A DNA stretch of 62,865 nucleotides, filler included, from Bigelowiella natans CCMP2755 (taxonomy: Eukaryota > Protista > Cercozoa), in assembly GCA_000320545.1 (NCBI GenBank). It is 9 parts of 9 records of this genome, joined end to end, with 100 filler letters (N's around TTAATTAATTAA, not from the genome) between each part and the next. Parts side by side here need not be neighbours in the genome. Positions count along the whole stretch, not along the records: positions 24,063 to 44,307 come from ADNK01001827.1; 8 more parts are not named here. One strand, given 5' to 3'. Shown in pieces: positions 24,708 through 38,616 of the stretch. A program made the translations under genes and the position numbers. The notes under the pieces are model-generated. The model was not told the origin of the DNA, did not search any database, and saw only the letters and a program-made list of their open reading frames with translations. The number at the start of each line of letters is the position of its first letter. Positions within the stretch are counted from its first letter, which is position 1.

Positions 24708-24797
24708 CGGCACTGCCTGGCGTGTATGCACGCGCGAAACGATCGTTTTGCATGTATGCACGATAGAGAGCGCAGCGCTCACAACACACCTCGCCAT
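22710..24797 (-). CDS. BCKDHB: Branched-chain 2-oxo acid dehydrogenase E1 beta subunit, mitochondrial
   Basis: [103 protein letters not shown] (exons 23463-23962 and 22710-23144). A putative mitochondrial presequence [13 protein letters not shown]... starts at 24797 across the gap (less certain). Confidence 0.93.
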
Positions 24798-25353
24798 AAA
24801 TGGAAGAAAGTATTTTTTCACGAATGGCTTTTGCCCCTTCTCCTCCCGCAGCTGCTGTGGCCGACTCTTTGTCAGTTGCCCCGCTCTTCTTGCGCGGACG
24901 CTATGGTTGGGAAGTGCGGGTGGCATGCGTCGACGACGACTCGCCTGGCCTCCCCCAATAGCATCACCCACCTGCAACCCGATTACACACAAAATATGAG
25001 TCGTCATATTACCATTTATCGTCAAAACGTCTCACTTCCCCCTTCCCACCGCCAACACCCCCATCACGATATACTCCTTCCCTTCTCTCGAATTAGTATA
25101 TTAGTATTGCGTTGTATGAAGTCTAACCCCCCCCCCCCCCAAACACACACACACACGCGAATGACCGGCAGGCAAGCTTGTCCCGTATAAATTCATCGAA
25201 GGGCGGGCCGATTTTACTCACAATGTGAGAGAGATGCTCCTAATACAACAACAATTATTTTAGTGATGGAAGGGAAGAAAGGGCGGGGAGGAGGGGGATG
25301 GAGGGGAGAGTAGTGTGGAGTTAAACCCAAAATGACAGGGACGTGAAGGGACA

Positions 25354-25389
<36 letters not shown>

Positions 25390-25689
25390 CATATATACAC
25401 ATTATTATATTTGATGCATACCATAACTTTTACGTGTCGCGTACGCGATCTCGAGGGAACTCGCTTAAGAATGTAGTTATCATCCAATTTACAGAATCCG
25501 GATGCACTCAGACTTGACCTGTATATTATATTATTATTATTATTATTATTATATAATATTTATATATAACACATCATCTCATCAGCAAACTCTTAGCAGA
25601 TATCGAAAACAGCATGCCCTACTTTGTCTCGCGCACGTGCTCTAACACACACACACACACACATTTCCGTTAGACATGTTTTTCAAAAG

Positions 25690-26672
25690 ATTTTACAGCA
25701 TGCTCAGGCTTTTACCCCCCGAGCGGCAAAGTCTTGATGAAGCTCTCCATCGAATCAAGGCATTCCTGTACATCAATTTCTATGTCCTCGTCGTCAAAAA
25801 TATCGTCCTTCTCATATTTACTCTTATCTGGGGTAATTGAATCCGTCAAATTGTATAAGTTCACTTGCGGGATCCCTGACAGATAAATAACTATTAGTTG
25901 CTAAGACGAGAGGAAGTTAGGGATGGAGAGGGGAGGGAGGGGAGAAGAAGGGGATAAAAAACACTCAATTATTGTAACTGATTTTTTCCGAGTCCAGAAC
26001 GTGCCAGGCCAATGCATTTGCCTGTTTGGAACCTTGACATTCCAATAGAATCTGCCACCCGAGAAGAAGAAGAAGAAGAAGAAGAAGAAGGAGAAGAATT
26101 TCAACCTTACGTCGCAGGAGAACTAACATGTCATCGGAAGGATAATATTTTGGCACATTTCCGCGCTACCAACTTAAATCCGTACCTGGCAGAGGATTCT
26201 CTCATCGGGTCCGGAAAGACGGTACCATCTGAATGGACAGCACCATGAGCAACAACGTTGAATTACTACACGGGATTAGTGAGGAAGAGCTCGGAATTAT
26301 ATATTCGAAAGCTACCCGTTGTTGCTTATGAAATGTTCACCGAAGGCGCGTCTCTCCCTGACCCAGCGATGAAACGGTCTGGGATTTTGGCCGAGCAGGC
26401 TCTCGCGAAGGCGAAGCATCGGAAGGGCATCGGCCTTCGAGTCCACCATTCTCCTCCCCTCGGTCTCTTACCGAAGCCACATCCCAAGTCGTAGATAGTA
26501 AACTGAAAGGAATTTTCGCGAGAATCAAATAAGTTTTAATTTGTATTTTGTCGGCCACCTTGTCGGCGGGATTCAAATTTAAATTGTGTTTGTGGCAACG
26601 TGCACGAGCAGATGGGAGATCCAATTTCCTGTTGCGACAACTAGGCGGCGGAAGGTGAGGGAATTTTCCATG
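25690..26672 (-). CDS. Small hypothetical multi-exon protein
   Basis: Probable terminal exon GIPQVNLYNLTDSITPDKSKYEKDDIFDDEDIEIDVQECLDSMESFIKTLP (approx. 25690-25877) and short upstream exon-like segments (ILLECQGSKQANALAWHVLDSEK). No homology recognised. Confidence 0.35.
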
Positions 26673-26764
26673 GAATTACGCTCAAAAATGAAGAAGCGAC
26701 ATTTGTAAAATGCAAATACGACTTGGAAGATCCAGTGGATTAACGAGAGGGAAATTAGGTCTCT

Positions 26765-27045
26765 CAGCGGAACTTCTGAAATCTGGGCAAAATGCCTCCA
26801 GGTTTGTTTACGTGCTATTTCACCTAGATCTGGCTATCTTTTCGAGAGAGGGATGTAGCTTCTTGCAAGGCCAAGAAGCTACAAATTGGAAATAAACATG
26901 CAAATCTAGGAAATCCGGAAATCGCTGTAGGCGCTTTTCCTGCGTGGCGCCTTGGCCTGGCGTCTCCCTTATGTAATGATTCTAGGTGAAATTGCACGGA
27001 AACAAACCTAGTTGCATTTTGCCCAGGTTTCAGAAGATTCCGCTG
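26765..27045. repeat. Imperfect ~65-bp inverted repeat (arms 26765-26828 and 26981-27045)
   Basis: Arm 1: cagcggaacttctgaaatctgggcaaaatgcctccaggtttgtttacgtgctatttcacctaga. Reverse complement of arm 2: cagcggaatcttctgaaacctgggcaaaatgcaactaggtttgtttccgtgcaatttcacctaga. Confidence 0.9.
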
Positions 27046-27425
27046 GGCTGTGCAAATGCGCTCTTTTCCCACATTTCTTCCCGTCCAAACAGCGGCATGC
27101 GTCTGGAGTAATCTCCGGGGAATCCAAGGGAATCCCCGAGTTTCTACCACCGTAGTGTCGAATGTTGGCAATTTGTTGTCGGTGATGCACACAGGTGATG
27201 AATTTTGGAAGAAGAAACAACCGACACGTTGTTTCCGCGGAGCTTTCCGGCTAATTTCGTAGCGGAAAGACCCGTATCTCGGCGAAATAGAAAACGAGCT
27301 CAAACTTTCGAAAGAAAAATGACTAAAACCGTGAAGGCACAGCCTCGTCTCCCTTGGTGTATTGTTCATCTGCATACCCCAGCACAACCCAGCGCCACCA
27401 GCCTCCCCCTTAGAAATACACATCC

Positions 27426-29879
27426 ATGGGGCGAAAGGTTCTCTTTGCCCCTGTCGATTGCAGGGGGAGATTGGAGAGCATGCTCTTGCTACGTTTCGTC
27501 GCCTGGTGTGTTTTAAATTGTATCGCTCTCAGGTCGGTCGAAAGAAGGGCTCCAAGCCTTCCGGGGAGAAGCAGGGTTCGAAGCCACCTCAGAGTACTTA
27601 CTTAATCGAAATGAGACGTTTCTTCTTAGATTTTATCTAAAATTGCTCCTTACGAATGATTTCATCTTCCATTATTATGGAAAATTTCGCGGCGTGATTT
27701 CTTTGAATGCCGATGATGAACCTACCTTAAAAAGCATCACAGCCTGCTCAGACGACAAAATTTCCCATGATGAAAGTGTCTTATATTATTTGTGTTACAT
27801 GTTATTATCTCACGCTACTCATGAAGACGTCTCTGAAGTCGAGGAGAGCGACGAAGGTGACTTTTTGGCCTTTTCTTCCAAAGCCAAGGTATACAAGGTA
27901 TACTATTGCATCGTCAGTAATCTGTGGTCCAAGCGATTGTTTATTTTAAGTATAGCACCCATGTCAGGATGATAATGTTTCTGAGGGAGAGGGCGAAGAC
28001 GATGGCAGTGATAGCAACGACGATGGCCGATCATTAGGAAAGGAGCCCAAGCTCACGAAGGGTCAAAAGACCGAGGTAACAAACATCGCCCAACGCTGCT
28101 TCTTCCCCTTGAGTTTTCTAGCTGAATCCACATCCCGTATCACATAGAAGAGTTCTAATATGCCCAAGGCAGCTTTCAAAACTAGAGTCAATATTTCTTC
28201 GTTTTGTGCTGGGCGTTCCACATTCAGCGAAACTTGAGAATAATTTCGAAATCATCAGCGATGATTTATGCCAAGGCCGCCGCAGCAGGCCTTGTAAAAT
28301 GAAAACCTCATTAAGTTTAAATGATATTTCCACCAAGAAAGTATCTCTCTAACATCGATCTCACCAAACACAGCTGAAAAAGATCGCTGAGAGCGCGATG
28401 AGGAAGATGAAGGCGATCAAGGAAGGCAAGAACGTTGGTTCCACCTCCTCGATTGGAAGTGAGGATGACGACGGTGCTGATAGCAAGGGCAAAGATGGAG
28501 GTAAGAGGGGCAAGAAAAGGAGATCACGCAGGCGACCAAAAGGTAGAAGCCTGTGAAGTCGTCATGATGATAATGATGGTAATGCGGTGAGGTGTCGATA
28601 ATGTCACTCGGGCAATGATGATGCTGCGTTGTAGCAATAAATTAGAATGAATCTGCACAGGTCGGAAGGCGAATCGGGGAGTTGTATACCTAGGACATAT
28701 TCCACACGGTTTCTACGAGGTCGGTCGGATCATTCAATTTTAAACAAATTTCCCCGCTCTGACTCACATCCGTGGTGCCTCCTGCTTCCTCGCTTTCTTT
28801 CTTCCTTCATCGGCCTATTATTTTTGTATTTTTGATTGACCAACGAATCCACAATAACACCCTCCCCTCCCTCCACGCAGAATGAGATGCAAGGGTTCTT
28901 CTCACAGTTTGGAGAGGTAACACGGCTTCGCCTGTCGCGAAACAGAAAGACAAAGCGCTCCAAGGGCTACGCATTCATCGAATTCAAGCTGCCTGAGGTC
29001 GCGCAAACGACTCTCGGCAGAATCATGATCATTCTTTCACACGATGATCATTCTTTCACACGATTCGTTACTCCTTCCGTATGCGTGCTGATGACAGTTG
29101 ATGATGACATATGACAATGGCCATGGAACGATTGAATGGATAAATAGGTGGAGGTTGCTGTGCATGAAATATAGATCGTGTTTGCCTCTCCCACGGGCAA
29201 AACCCACTGATATCACGCATCTCGCTTAGGTTGCGGATATCGTGGCACAGACCTTCAATGGCTATATGATGTTTGGCCGAACGCTTGTCGCCAAGAGGAT
29301 ACCAACAGAGAAGGTGATAGATAGATAGATGTAGGGCCAGCACGCCTTACTTTTACCCATCACTGCAATGATAGTGTTACTATTAAACCACTTTCGCGCG
29401 CGCGCAACGTGTCCTGAGAGTAAGCGGAAACTGAGCTAAATGCTGAGCACTTCCGTCGTATCCATCACCATACATTATCAACATCATCATGACTACCATC
29501 ATACATCATCATCATCATCATCATCATCATTAAATCAGGTGAACAAAAACACGTTCCTGGGTTGGGATCAGCCATTGCAGAAGCTCACCAAACCTGTTGA
29601 CACTCTGAGCGTAGAAAAGGTAGTAGCTGTAGTGATATAATACTAACAGATGATGAGTAGTGAGGTATCAATCCATAGGAGCAATGAGTACTTTCCTTTG
29701 TTTCACCTACCCACTTCCTGCCTCTTCTCTTCTCTCCCATAAAATGTCCCAAAAAAGGCGAAGCGGAAGAGGCCCCGCACTAGAGCTCAGCATGCGAAGA
29801 GAATGGCTGCTTTAGTGGGGAAGGAAAAGAAGTAATGCAATGTGAATGGGAGGGGAGGTGGCTGTACACATCTCTCTCC

Positions 29880-29924
<45 letters not shown>

Positions 29925-30152
29925 AATCTTCGCAGCTTGTTGGAAATTACCACGGATGAACTTAAGTTCGATGCATTTGCGGTCAGGTTTCGAAAGCGTT
30001 TGGCGGAAGAAGGAATAGACTACGATTTCAATGGGTTGACCAACTTGCGAACGCTACGCGTTTAATTGCATCCCGAAATAAAATCTAGATATTCAGTTCA
30101 CAAGTCTAGATAATGAGATTTATACAAAACAAACATATTACGCAAACACACA

Positions 30153-30206
<54 letters not shown>

Positions 30207-30335
30207 CATATTAATATATGTAAATATATTGCCTCTCGGTGTCAGTTCTTAAGTTTTGATGGAAACTCTTCCATACGTAGGTATGAACAACAATTCAAGG
30301 CCCAGACATCAACAAAAACTGTTTTTAAGGACTAA
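27426..30335 (+). CDS. NIFK: NIFK/Nop15-like nucleolar RRM protein (ribosome biogenesis)
   Basis: Spliced [14 protein letters not shown]|[39 protein letters not shown]|[19 protein letters not shown] and C-terminal [15 protein letters not shown]|YE. Charged N-terminus in many small exons; start tentative. Confidence 0.88.
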
Positions 30336-31303
30336 ATGCCAGGGCGAGGGCAATCAAAGAGAATCGTGTTCAATGCATTTGAGAGATTTTGCCAATTAAA
30401 AACCGCGATTTTGCGCTCCGTGTGAGGTAACAGGATCTCCTGTGCACCTCGTAGTCCGTAGTCCATGTGCACATGTGTTCATAGCGCATGCGCACACGTA
30501 CCATCCACGAGGCTCACTGCAGAGCTTGCAGCGTATGACGACAAACAGTGTGCGATGTGTATTCGATCAGCAGGCGCCACTGCAGACGCACATATATAGG
30601 CATGTGCATGTGCATGTGCATTTACAAATGGCACAGTCACAGTGTTGTTGGAAACGGTGATGAATACGGACAGTTGCGCAGCTAAAGTGCAGGTATGGAT
30701 GCGTCGTATATGCGACTACAACGCACATCAGCCCTGCATGCATATAAACGTTGCACTAACATTATAATCAACATTACACTTCGATCACGCATGAAAACGA
30801 TAATGCGTAGCATGCGAATGGTTGATGATCAAACTGTGCTGATTCTTTTTGTTGAGCGGGCACTGAACGCAGTGCAACCACCAAAGCGGTGGACGGTGGA
30901 CATATCACCTGACTTCACGTAAGAGCGCTATCTACACACGATTATACTAGCTAGCTAGCTAGTGAGGGGTTATGCATCCTGGCTGTGGCCAAGTCGCCTA
31001 TAGGCTGCTGCGTCATATACATAACTTGCGCGCTGTAGCTGTAACTCTGCACAGTACAATAAGATTACAATTGAAAAAAAATCGTATATTCATTACATCC
31101 GTCTCATACCCAATGCAATCGCGGAATTGCTGTGCGATGGAATGGATCGAGCTGTGCATGCTCATTAGCACCGTCGTCAATAATGGTGAGTCAACAGGAG
31201 CTTGGACCGTAGTCTCATGCTACTCAATGATCTGGATGTGTATCCAGCAGATGTTTTAGCATAAGTTCAATACAATCAGCTACAAGAAATAGCATTCACT
31301 GTT

Positions 31304-32595
31304 TCAATTGTCGTCTTCTCCCAATATCGGTGTTTTCTCGATCTTATTCTGTGCCTCCTCAGAGCTTAAGACTTGCGCGTCGCGTAATTGATCCGCCAGG
31401 GGATTCGTCCCTTCGATAGGAATAAGTTTAGCGAGATACGTGACGCCCCGGTCTTCTTCGGACTGTATAAAAAGAGGAGAAGCGAGAGTCAGTAATCTGA
31501 AAAGCATAGAAAATGTCGAAGGGGGGAATACTACTATTGCTTCATCGGCCACGAAGATAGCCTCGAGCCCATTTCTCTGTGCCGCAATGCGCAGAGCCTC
31601 AAAGTCTATGAACAGCCATGGGAAGGTTTCCTGCATCCCTTTGTACCGTACTGAGATTAGCGTCTCCCCGTAGTAGTGCTCCTTGGGGTCAAAGTCGAAT
31701 TCAAACTGACTTCCATCCTGTGCGTAGTATATTGAAGGAGGAGAGCATTTTATTAAGAGCTGGTAGCTGCGATCAGCTAATATTGTGAATGGTGGCGCTC
31801 CCCTCACACTTGCTTCCCTGTGCCCTCCATCTCTCCATTACTACCTCAGAAGTGTACATGTACTGGATGTCGGTGGAGTCGATAAGGATTTGCCCGCCAG
31901 GTGCTAGTAGAGCGCGGGCTCTTTGCAGTAGTCTAATTATTAGAGGGTGCTCTCACATTCAGTCGTGGTATTTTCCCAGCGAGACTGTCCCCTCCCTAAC
32001 CCCTTCCTCAATAAATGTATAACCTATCGAGTCCCTCAGCGTTCCCGGCCATTCCAGCCCCGTTCATCATGAAGAGGATCGTCTCATACTTCTTGTGTGT
32101 TTTTGAGTCCCAAAACACCTTCCCATCCTTTCCAACGTCGCTGCTACCACCGGGCTTAAAAGCTAGGAAGTCTCCACTGAAGGCACGTTCCAGGCCTGGG
32201 GTACATATATTATTGCTATTACGGGTGGAGACGACGTGAAAGGTAAACTTTTAAAGGGGAGGTCAATAGTTGGGACTCACCCCGCTGCTTTGCAACTTGT
32301 ATTGCTCCGGGAGAGATATCAATTCCGGTCACATCCAGCTGCCTCTCCTCTTGTAGGTATAAAGAATGGCTTCCTGCACCGCAACCGACGTCTAAGACCT
32401 GGTAGGAGAAAGGGCAAAAACGATGGAGGGAGATTCGGCGAGAGAAGGTACTCCCATCTCAGCAGCGCACAGGATTACAGCAAATCAGAGCTACATACCC
32501 GCCCACGACAAAGTTCCAAAGCTTGCCTCTCGATATAGGGCATTTCATCTATGGATCTGCAAGGCGTAATAACAATAATAATAATAATAATAACA

Positions 32596-32633
<38 letters not shown>

Positions 32634-33114
32634 TAATACGTAAACAGTGAGGGGGCATGCTTTTGGAATAATAGCGAGGTCTTTTTCCTCATCCACGCTG
32701 ACCTAACACATACCGAAAGAAGTAGTCGATTGGAGTAGCCTCTGATTCATGATAGTCCAGCGTAACAACATCATATTCCATATCCTCTGCGGAGCCCTCG
32801 TTGAGGAAGTCCCTAAACGCGCTGCCAAAGACATCCGCTTTCGCTCGCTCCTTGCTGCCACCTCCCTCAGGTTGAGCCGGCCTATCTGCCCGTAGAGGCC
32901 GGCCATCTGGGCCAACAAGCATCGCTCTTAGAGCGCTGATTCCCCGATGGTAGCGCAGGGGAGGAAGAATGGATCGATGGGAGGGGGTGTATCTCCTACC
33001 CCCCTCGTGCACACTACCAACCCGGGGGCAAAGTGAGGGATAAAATCGACTCGCTGAGGCGGACGCGAATGCTGACACAACCCCAAGGTACACAAGACAT
33101 GCTCCCAGCACCAT
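31304..33114 (-). CDS. Class I SAM-dependent methyltransferase, bacterial (Bacteroidota-like) family, with bipartite targeting leader
   Basis: DVFGSAFRDF...PIDYFFR|SIDEMPYIERQALELCRGR|VLDVGCGAGSHSLYLQERG..VTGIDISPGAIQVAKQR|...YETILFMMNGAGMAG...LLAPGGQILIDSTDIQYMY...YYGE...YKGMQETFPWLFIDFEAL. N-terminal signal peptide followed by an S/R-rich transit-like region ending SALRA. Confidence 0.85.
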
Positions 33115-33642
33115 ATCCGAGAAACACCCTGTGAAGAGGTGCAGTGTGTCCGAACAGCTTTCCACACGAAGGGGGGGATACTTTGTGTGGCCGCCTGCTG
33201 CTAGAAACCCTCTGAACTGGTAGTCAAGAACACGAAAAACATCCTATAATATTATGCCTAAAATAATTAAAATCCAGTCAAATAATCTACGAAGTTCTAA
33301 CAATGAATCACGACAAACGCAGCCACTCAGCTTGCCAAAACTCGAATCGCCAGATTTCTTCGAGGAAAGAGCTAGACAAGATTCTCAACGGGCTCTTTCT
33401 CGTGGTACCTGCTGCCAAATTTTCATGCTGCTATCTTGGACCTGATTTGGTCCGAAATAGTTGTCGCAGGTAATGTAAGGACTCCATTTTCCATATTTCT
33501 AACGTATCATCGGATGAGCGGCGGCCGGCCTCATCGGCTCTCTTCCGAATGAACTCGCTCGGAATGATATGATGATGATGGTGATGGTGATGATGATGGC
33601 GATAGATTAGGCTTCTTCCTTCCAAACCTTGGAAGCACTAAG

Positions 33643-33904
33643 ATGGGTCCCATTACGACGTATGGAACGATCAATGGCGCAGCGGAGGGTTGTTGCACTC
33701 GAAGCGTGCAAAAGGAGATCAGGAATGTGAAGAGAGGAGGAGTGAGAGGAGGAGTGCCTTTTGTTTCGAAGATGCAACTACTGGTGATCGTTATTTTCGG
33801 GCTGGTACTGCGATTTTTCTTCCTGTGTGACAATAAAGACCGCCGAATCCGCTGCCATCCTTTCACTTAATGTTTGTTTCTTTATTGCTTTTCTTTAAAG
33901 ATTA

Positions 33905-33955
<51 letters not shown>

Positions 33956-34660
33956 CTTTCTTTGCTCACTTAATATTGACATTTTCTGCATACAAATGCT
34001 GCCGCAAAAGATCTGACCATAGCGTTTAATGATGAGCCTGTAAAAACTGTTGATGGCCATGACACGTTCACCACGCATACACGCACGTATTTACTGCATA
34101 GCTGATGCTGCTGCTGCCGTTGCTGGGATCCTGGAATACAACCACACCTGGGGTGATAATGCCATTATTGGAGGGAGCTATTACTAGTCCTAGCGAGCAA
34201 AGAAAGCTTCCCGCTGCTGCAGAGTCAGGTGATGCCGTCATCATCCTTCATGGTTGTTATCTGGTTTTCTCATCATTCTTCATTATCAAAGCAGTTGCAA
34301 ATACCGTCGTCCGCACACCTGATATATCCTTCGTCGGAGCGCACTGTAAGTTGAGCGGTCACGAGGAGGGCCAACTCTCGTCTGTACGTGCATTCAGAGG
34401 AATCCCGTTCGCAGAGCCACCACAGGTGTCATCTTGCGTAAGAAGAGGAAATGGTGAACATAGCAAGACATTCAACTAATACCAAACCCCGCCTTTACGT
34501 TAGGGTTCTCTTCGCTTCCATGCTCCCGTGCCGTATGATTGGAAGAAGAAAAACAACGGGAGCTCAGAGCTGGGGAGGGCCAACACATTCGATGCTACTG
34601 AGGTGTTCGTATATCGAAAACTCTGATGGATATAATACGCAACATATGCAGTGTTTGTAT

Positions 34661-34698
<38 letters not shown>

Positions 34699-36245
34699 TA
34701 CAAACACAATGACAGTGCGTGCAAAAATCATCGACAATGTATATTTAAAGTTCTGCGCGCCGTGCTTCCAGTTTTTCGGTAATCGGTCAAATGAGCATTC
34801 AAGGTAAGCTGCGCCCCACATTTCCCTCTGCCTCCCCCGCCCTACCCCGTCCTTGTGGCTGGAGAATAAAATGTACGCGTGTATTATCAGCGAAGACTGC
34901 TTGTGCCTGAACGTCTTCGCCCCCTCCCCCTCTGAGGGCTATGAAGAGTCGTCCTCAAATCGCTCCCCGCTGCTCCTCCCTGTGATGGTGTTCTTTCATG
35001 GAGGCTTCTACCTCATGGGTGCGTGATCAGAACTCGTTGTTGCCGCTGCTGATCGGGGGGGGGGGGGGGTAGGAGGCATTAGGGTTGATTACTTCCATCT
35101 TCACCGCTCCTCCTCCACGACGCTTTTCCCCTTCGATGCTACCCGCTCAATATCCATTTTGGATATTATTACATCCCAGGTGATTCTTCTCAATACGACG
35201 GATGCGACATGCTCCAGAGTGACGAAGACAACGCTGACCTTGACAACAGCAAGAGGCGGAGGAGGAATACGATGAGAAGAATGCCTCGCAATAACAACAT
35301 CATCCTGGTGACTGCAAACTACCGCCTTGGACCCCTTGGCTTCCTCTACGAGGGCGACGATGAAGTAGAGGAAGAACAGCAGCAGCAGCAAGGAGGGAGG
35401 AGGGGGGGGGACAAAAGCGCGGCGCGTGGAAACTATGGATATCTAGATCAGGTTATTGGTTTTTGATGAACGTTTTTCAGTTTGTGATTGCCTTTTTCCC
35501 CTGCGCGACGATCATCGACGCAGCTTAATGCTCTCTCTCGTGCCTTTGCTTACGGTGTTCTTGTTGTTTGTCTCTCTGTTTGTTGTTGTTGTTGTTGGTG
35601 GTGGTGGTATGATCGGAAGGTGGCCGTCTTGGAGTGGGTTGCACGATATATCTCCTTCTTTGGTGGGGATGCGAAGAAGGTCACGATCTGGGGACAATCT
35701 GCAGGTTGCTACCTCCCCCCCTCATCTCACCGATTTACCCATCATCACCATCTCTCACCACCCCCCAGGAGCGCATTCGGTGATGCTGCATTTGGTGGGG
35801 GGTCCTTCCAATAAGCTTTTCAACAGGGCGATTGCAATGAGGTCGTTGACGAATAGGCTAGATTCTGTTCGAAAGAAGCGTATACGATGAGCACGGGGAT
35901 ACGACGCGTGTCTTATATATGTGTGCGTGTGTGCGTGTGTACTAGTCCACGAGCCGAGCACTTCATGACCCCTGAAGGTACTGATTGCGGCATGATGCAT
36001 GCTGCGGCTGGTGCTGCCACGGCTCCCGTAGCATGGTAGCGATCTAGGTGTATTGTTGTGCGGTAGTATACCAAGAAGACCGCCCCTTCATCTGCGCGTC
36101 CAAAACACGACGAGAATTGGTGTTGTATACATACCAAAGAGATCGATGTCTTTCCGACTCTTCTCGCCATTTTAGATTTCCTTCTCACTACGCGGTCTCT
36201 ATATATGATAATTGATTGTTGAAGGGAATTCTAACACCACGGCTT

Positions 36246-36283
<38 letters not shown>

Positions 36284-36989
36284 ACAACGGCTCTGTGTGC
36301 AGCCGCAATCAGGAGCGCTGAGGAACTTAAGAGGGCGATCGAATGCGGTGGAGGAGAGAGCCACACCAATACAGACAGACAAATAGAGAGAGAGAGAGAG
36401 AGAGAAGAAATGGGGAGGGGGAAAGAGAGAGAGAAGAGGAAATTAATCCGAAGTAAAAAATGCTAAGAAGATATCATTTCTTTTTGTGGACTCTACACAT
36501 TCTTCAAGGGCCATCAAAGTCGATGAGAGAATGCATCGGAAGTGCGCAAAACTCTACGGCCATTATCCTTCGAATTGCACGGTGCTCTTCACATACACGC
36601 ACGCACGCACACACACACACACACACACGCACACACAATCACTCACACATAGCACTCCACAAACGCTCCTCTATTACCTATCTCGTCTTCTTCTTCTTCT
36701 TCTTCTTCTTCTTCTTCTTCTTCTTCCTCTTCTAGGTGCACTCAGGATCCAGCATGTGCCCTCATTCAGTCGGGGTGTGTGTGATGTGAAATGTAGGGGG
36801 GGGGGGGCATAGTTAAACAGCATAGAAAATTTGACAAGACAACGTGTGAGTTCTTCTTGTGTTGTATGCGTTGTTGGGTGAAGCATGCGAGGATCGTCGT
36901 CGTCGATACTGGGATCCATAAATTTCATGCCCGTCATCAACACGTCCTTCTTCCCAATGCAACCTATAGGTTCACCCCCTCCCCCCCTC

Positions 36990-37037
<48 letters not shown>

Positions 37038-37091
37038 CTCATTCTCTCCCCTCTCCCTCTCCCTCTCCATTCCCCCGACTCCTCTATCGTA

Positions 37092-37126
<35 letters not shown>

Positions 37127-37703
37127 TTATGGACAACAATATAGTACAGCTTGTCCGTATCCGTGCATCGACGAAACAACGCAGAATATTTAACATGCAT
37201 GTCCCCCCCCCCCCCCCTTATCCCCCCCTTCCGTATTCTGCAGATATGATACGAAGTTCTCTCGTCCACACAAACATTGAGGTAGAAATGCCATATGCAC
37301 ACGCACGCGTGTATCAGCTGTTCTCCGTCGTCGTTGGAGAGACGTGGGAGTGATATACCAATCGAATGCTTCACAAGGGCGAGTAGCCTGCATTCTCGTT
37401 GTTGTTGTTGTCGTTGTTGTCCTGACGGTGCAGATCGCTTACAACCACAAATCATACAGGGCATCATCGTCGGGACGAACACATACGAAGGCAATCTCTT
37501 CCAGGCACAGGGTCAAGAAAACGACGTCGTAGAAGAAGAAGAAGAAAAAGAAGAAGAAGGGAGAAGTAGAAGGAGGGGAAGGAGGGGGAGGAGGAGGAGG
37601 CAACGATACGGCAAATAAGCTAGAGCTGTTGTTGTTTTTTTATCCTGCTCCCCAACATCATCATCATATGCATGTACTGGGTTTGACTGATGCTATGTGC
37701 TTG

Positions 37704-37744
<41 letters not shown>

Positions 37745-38276
37745 TTATATATAAATATTATTGTGAGTCATAATGTGTCTTTTTTTGAGTAGAAATAGCA
37801 AGGTTTTCTTCCTGCTACATTTTGACATTTATTAGCTTTCTCATAATTCACTATGGCCTTTTTCCTTTCCATCACCACCTCCTTCTCCATATCCCCCCCC
37901 CCCCTGGTCTCTCTCTCGTCTAAACCCCCCTGCTTGGTGGCGACTGCGAAACACTCCTGGGTATTCTCCACATTTTGACCGCAAAACAACCAATCTTACG
38001 TCGTGGGACTTTCACACTGTCTCTGAGAGGTACGGGGTGGGCTTGAAGGGGGGGGGGGGGGGGGGGTTAGCGAAAGAAGGTGCTGTGCTACTATGCTGGG
38101 AAGTGTACACGGATGGATCTCTGACTAAAATACGTGGTTTGCTCTTCAAATGATACGTTATTCTGCTGCTGCTGCTGTTGTTCTCATTGTTGAATGTAGG
38201 CTCTGGGGAGCAGAGATTGGCCAAAAAGCTGGCAAAATGTCGTGTTTACATGGATAATGTTATTACATAGATAATG

Positions 38277-38317
<41 letters not shown>

Positions 38318-38574
38318 GCATGCACACGCAAGCACACCTCCTACACATATACATATACTGAATGCCTACCAACAAACCCGTCGAGATGTTCGCATCATAT
38401 GACTTACCTTCTCACACACATGTACTAGGTTGCAGTAGTAGTAGTAGTAGTGGTAGTACATGATGACATCGAATCACACATTTCTTGCTGCTACACTACT
38501 CAGATATGATTGGGCTAAGTACTACCGAGATGTGGGGCATAACCGATACGTGCTTCAGCACAACGATGTAGCCG

Positions 38575-38616
<42 letters not shown>

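Noticed and set aside
26465-26495. Minus-strand YDLGCGFGK resembling a methyltransferase motif I
   Set aside because: No further methyltransferase motifs follow in frame; probably chance.
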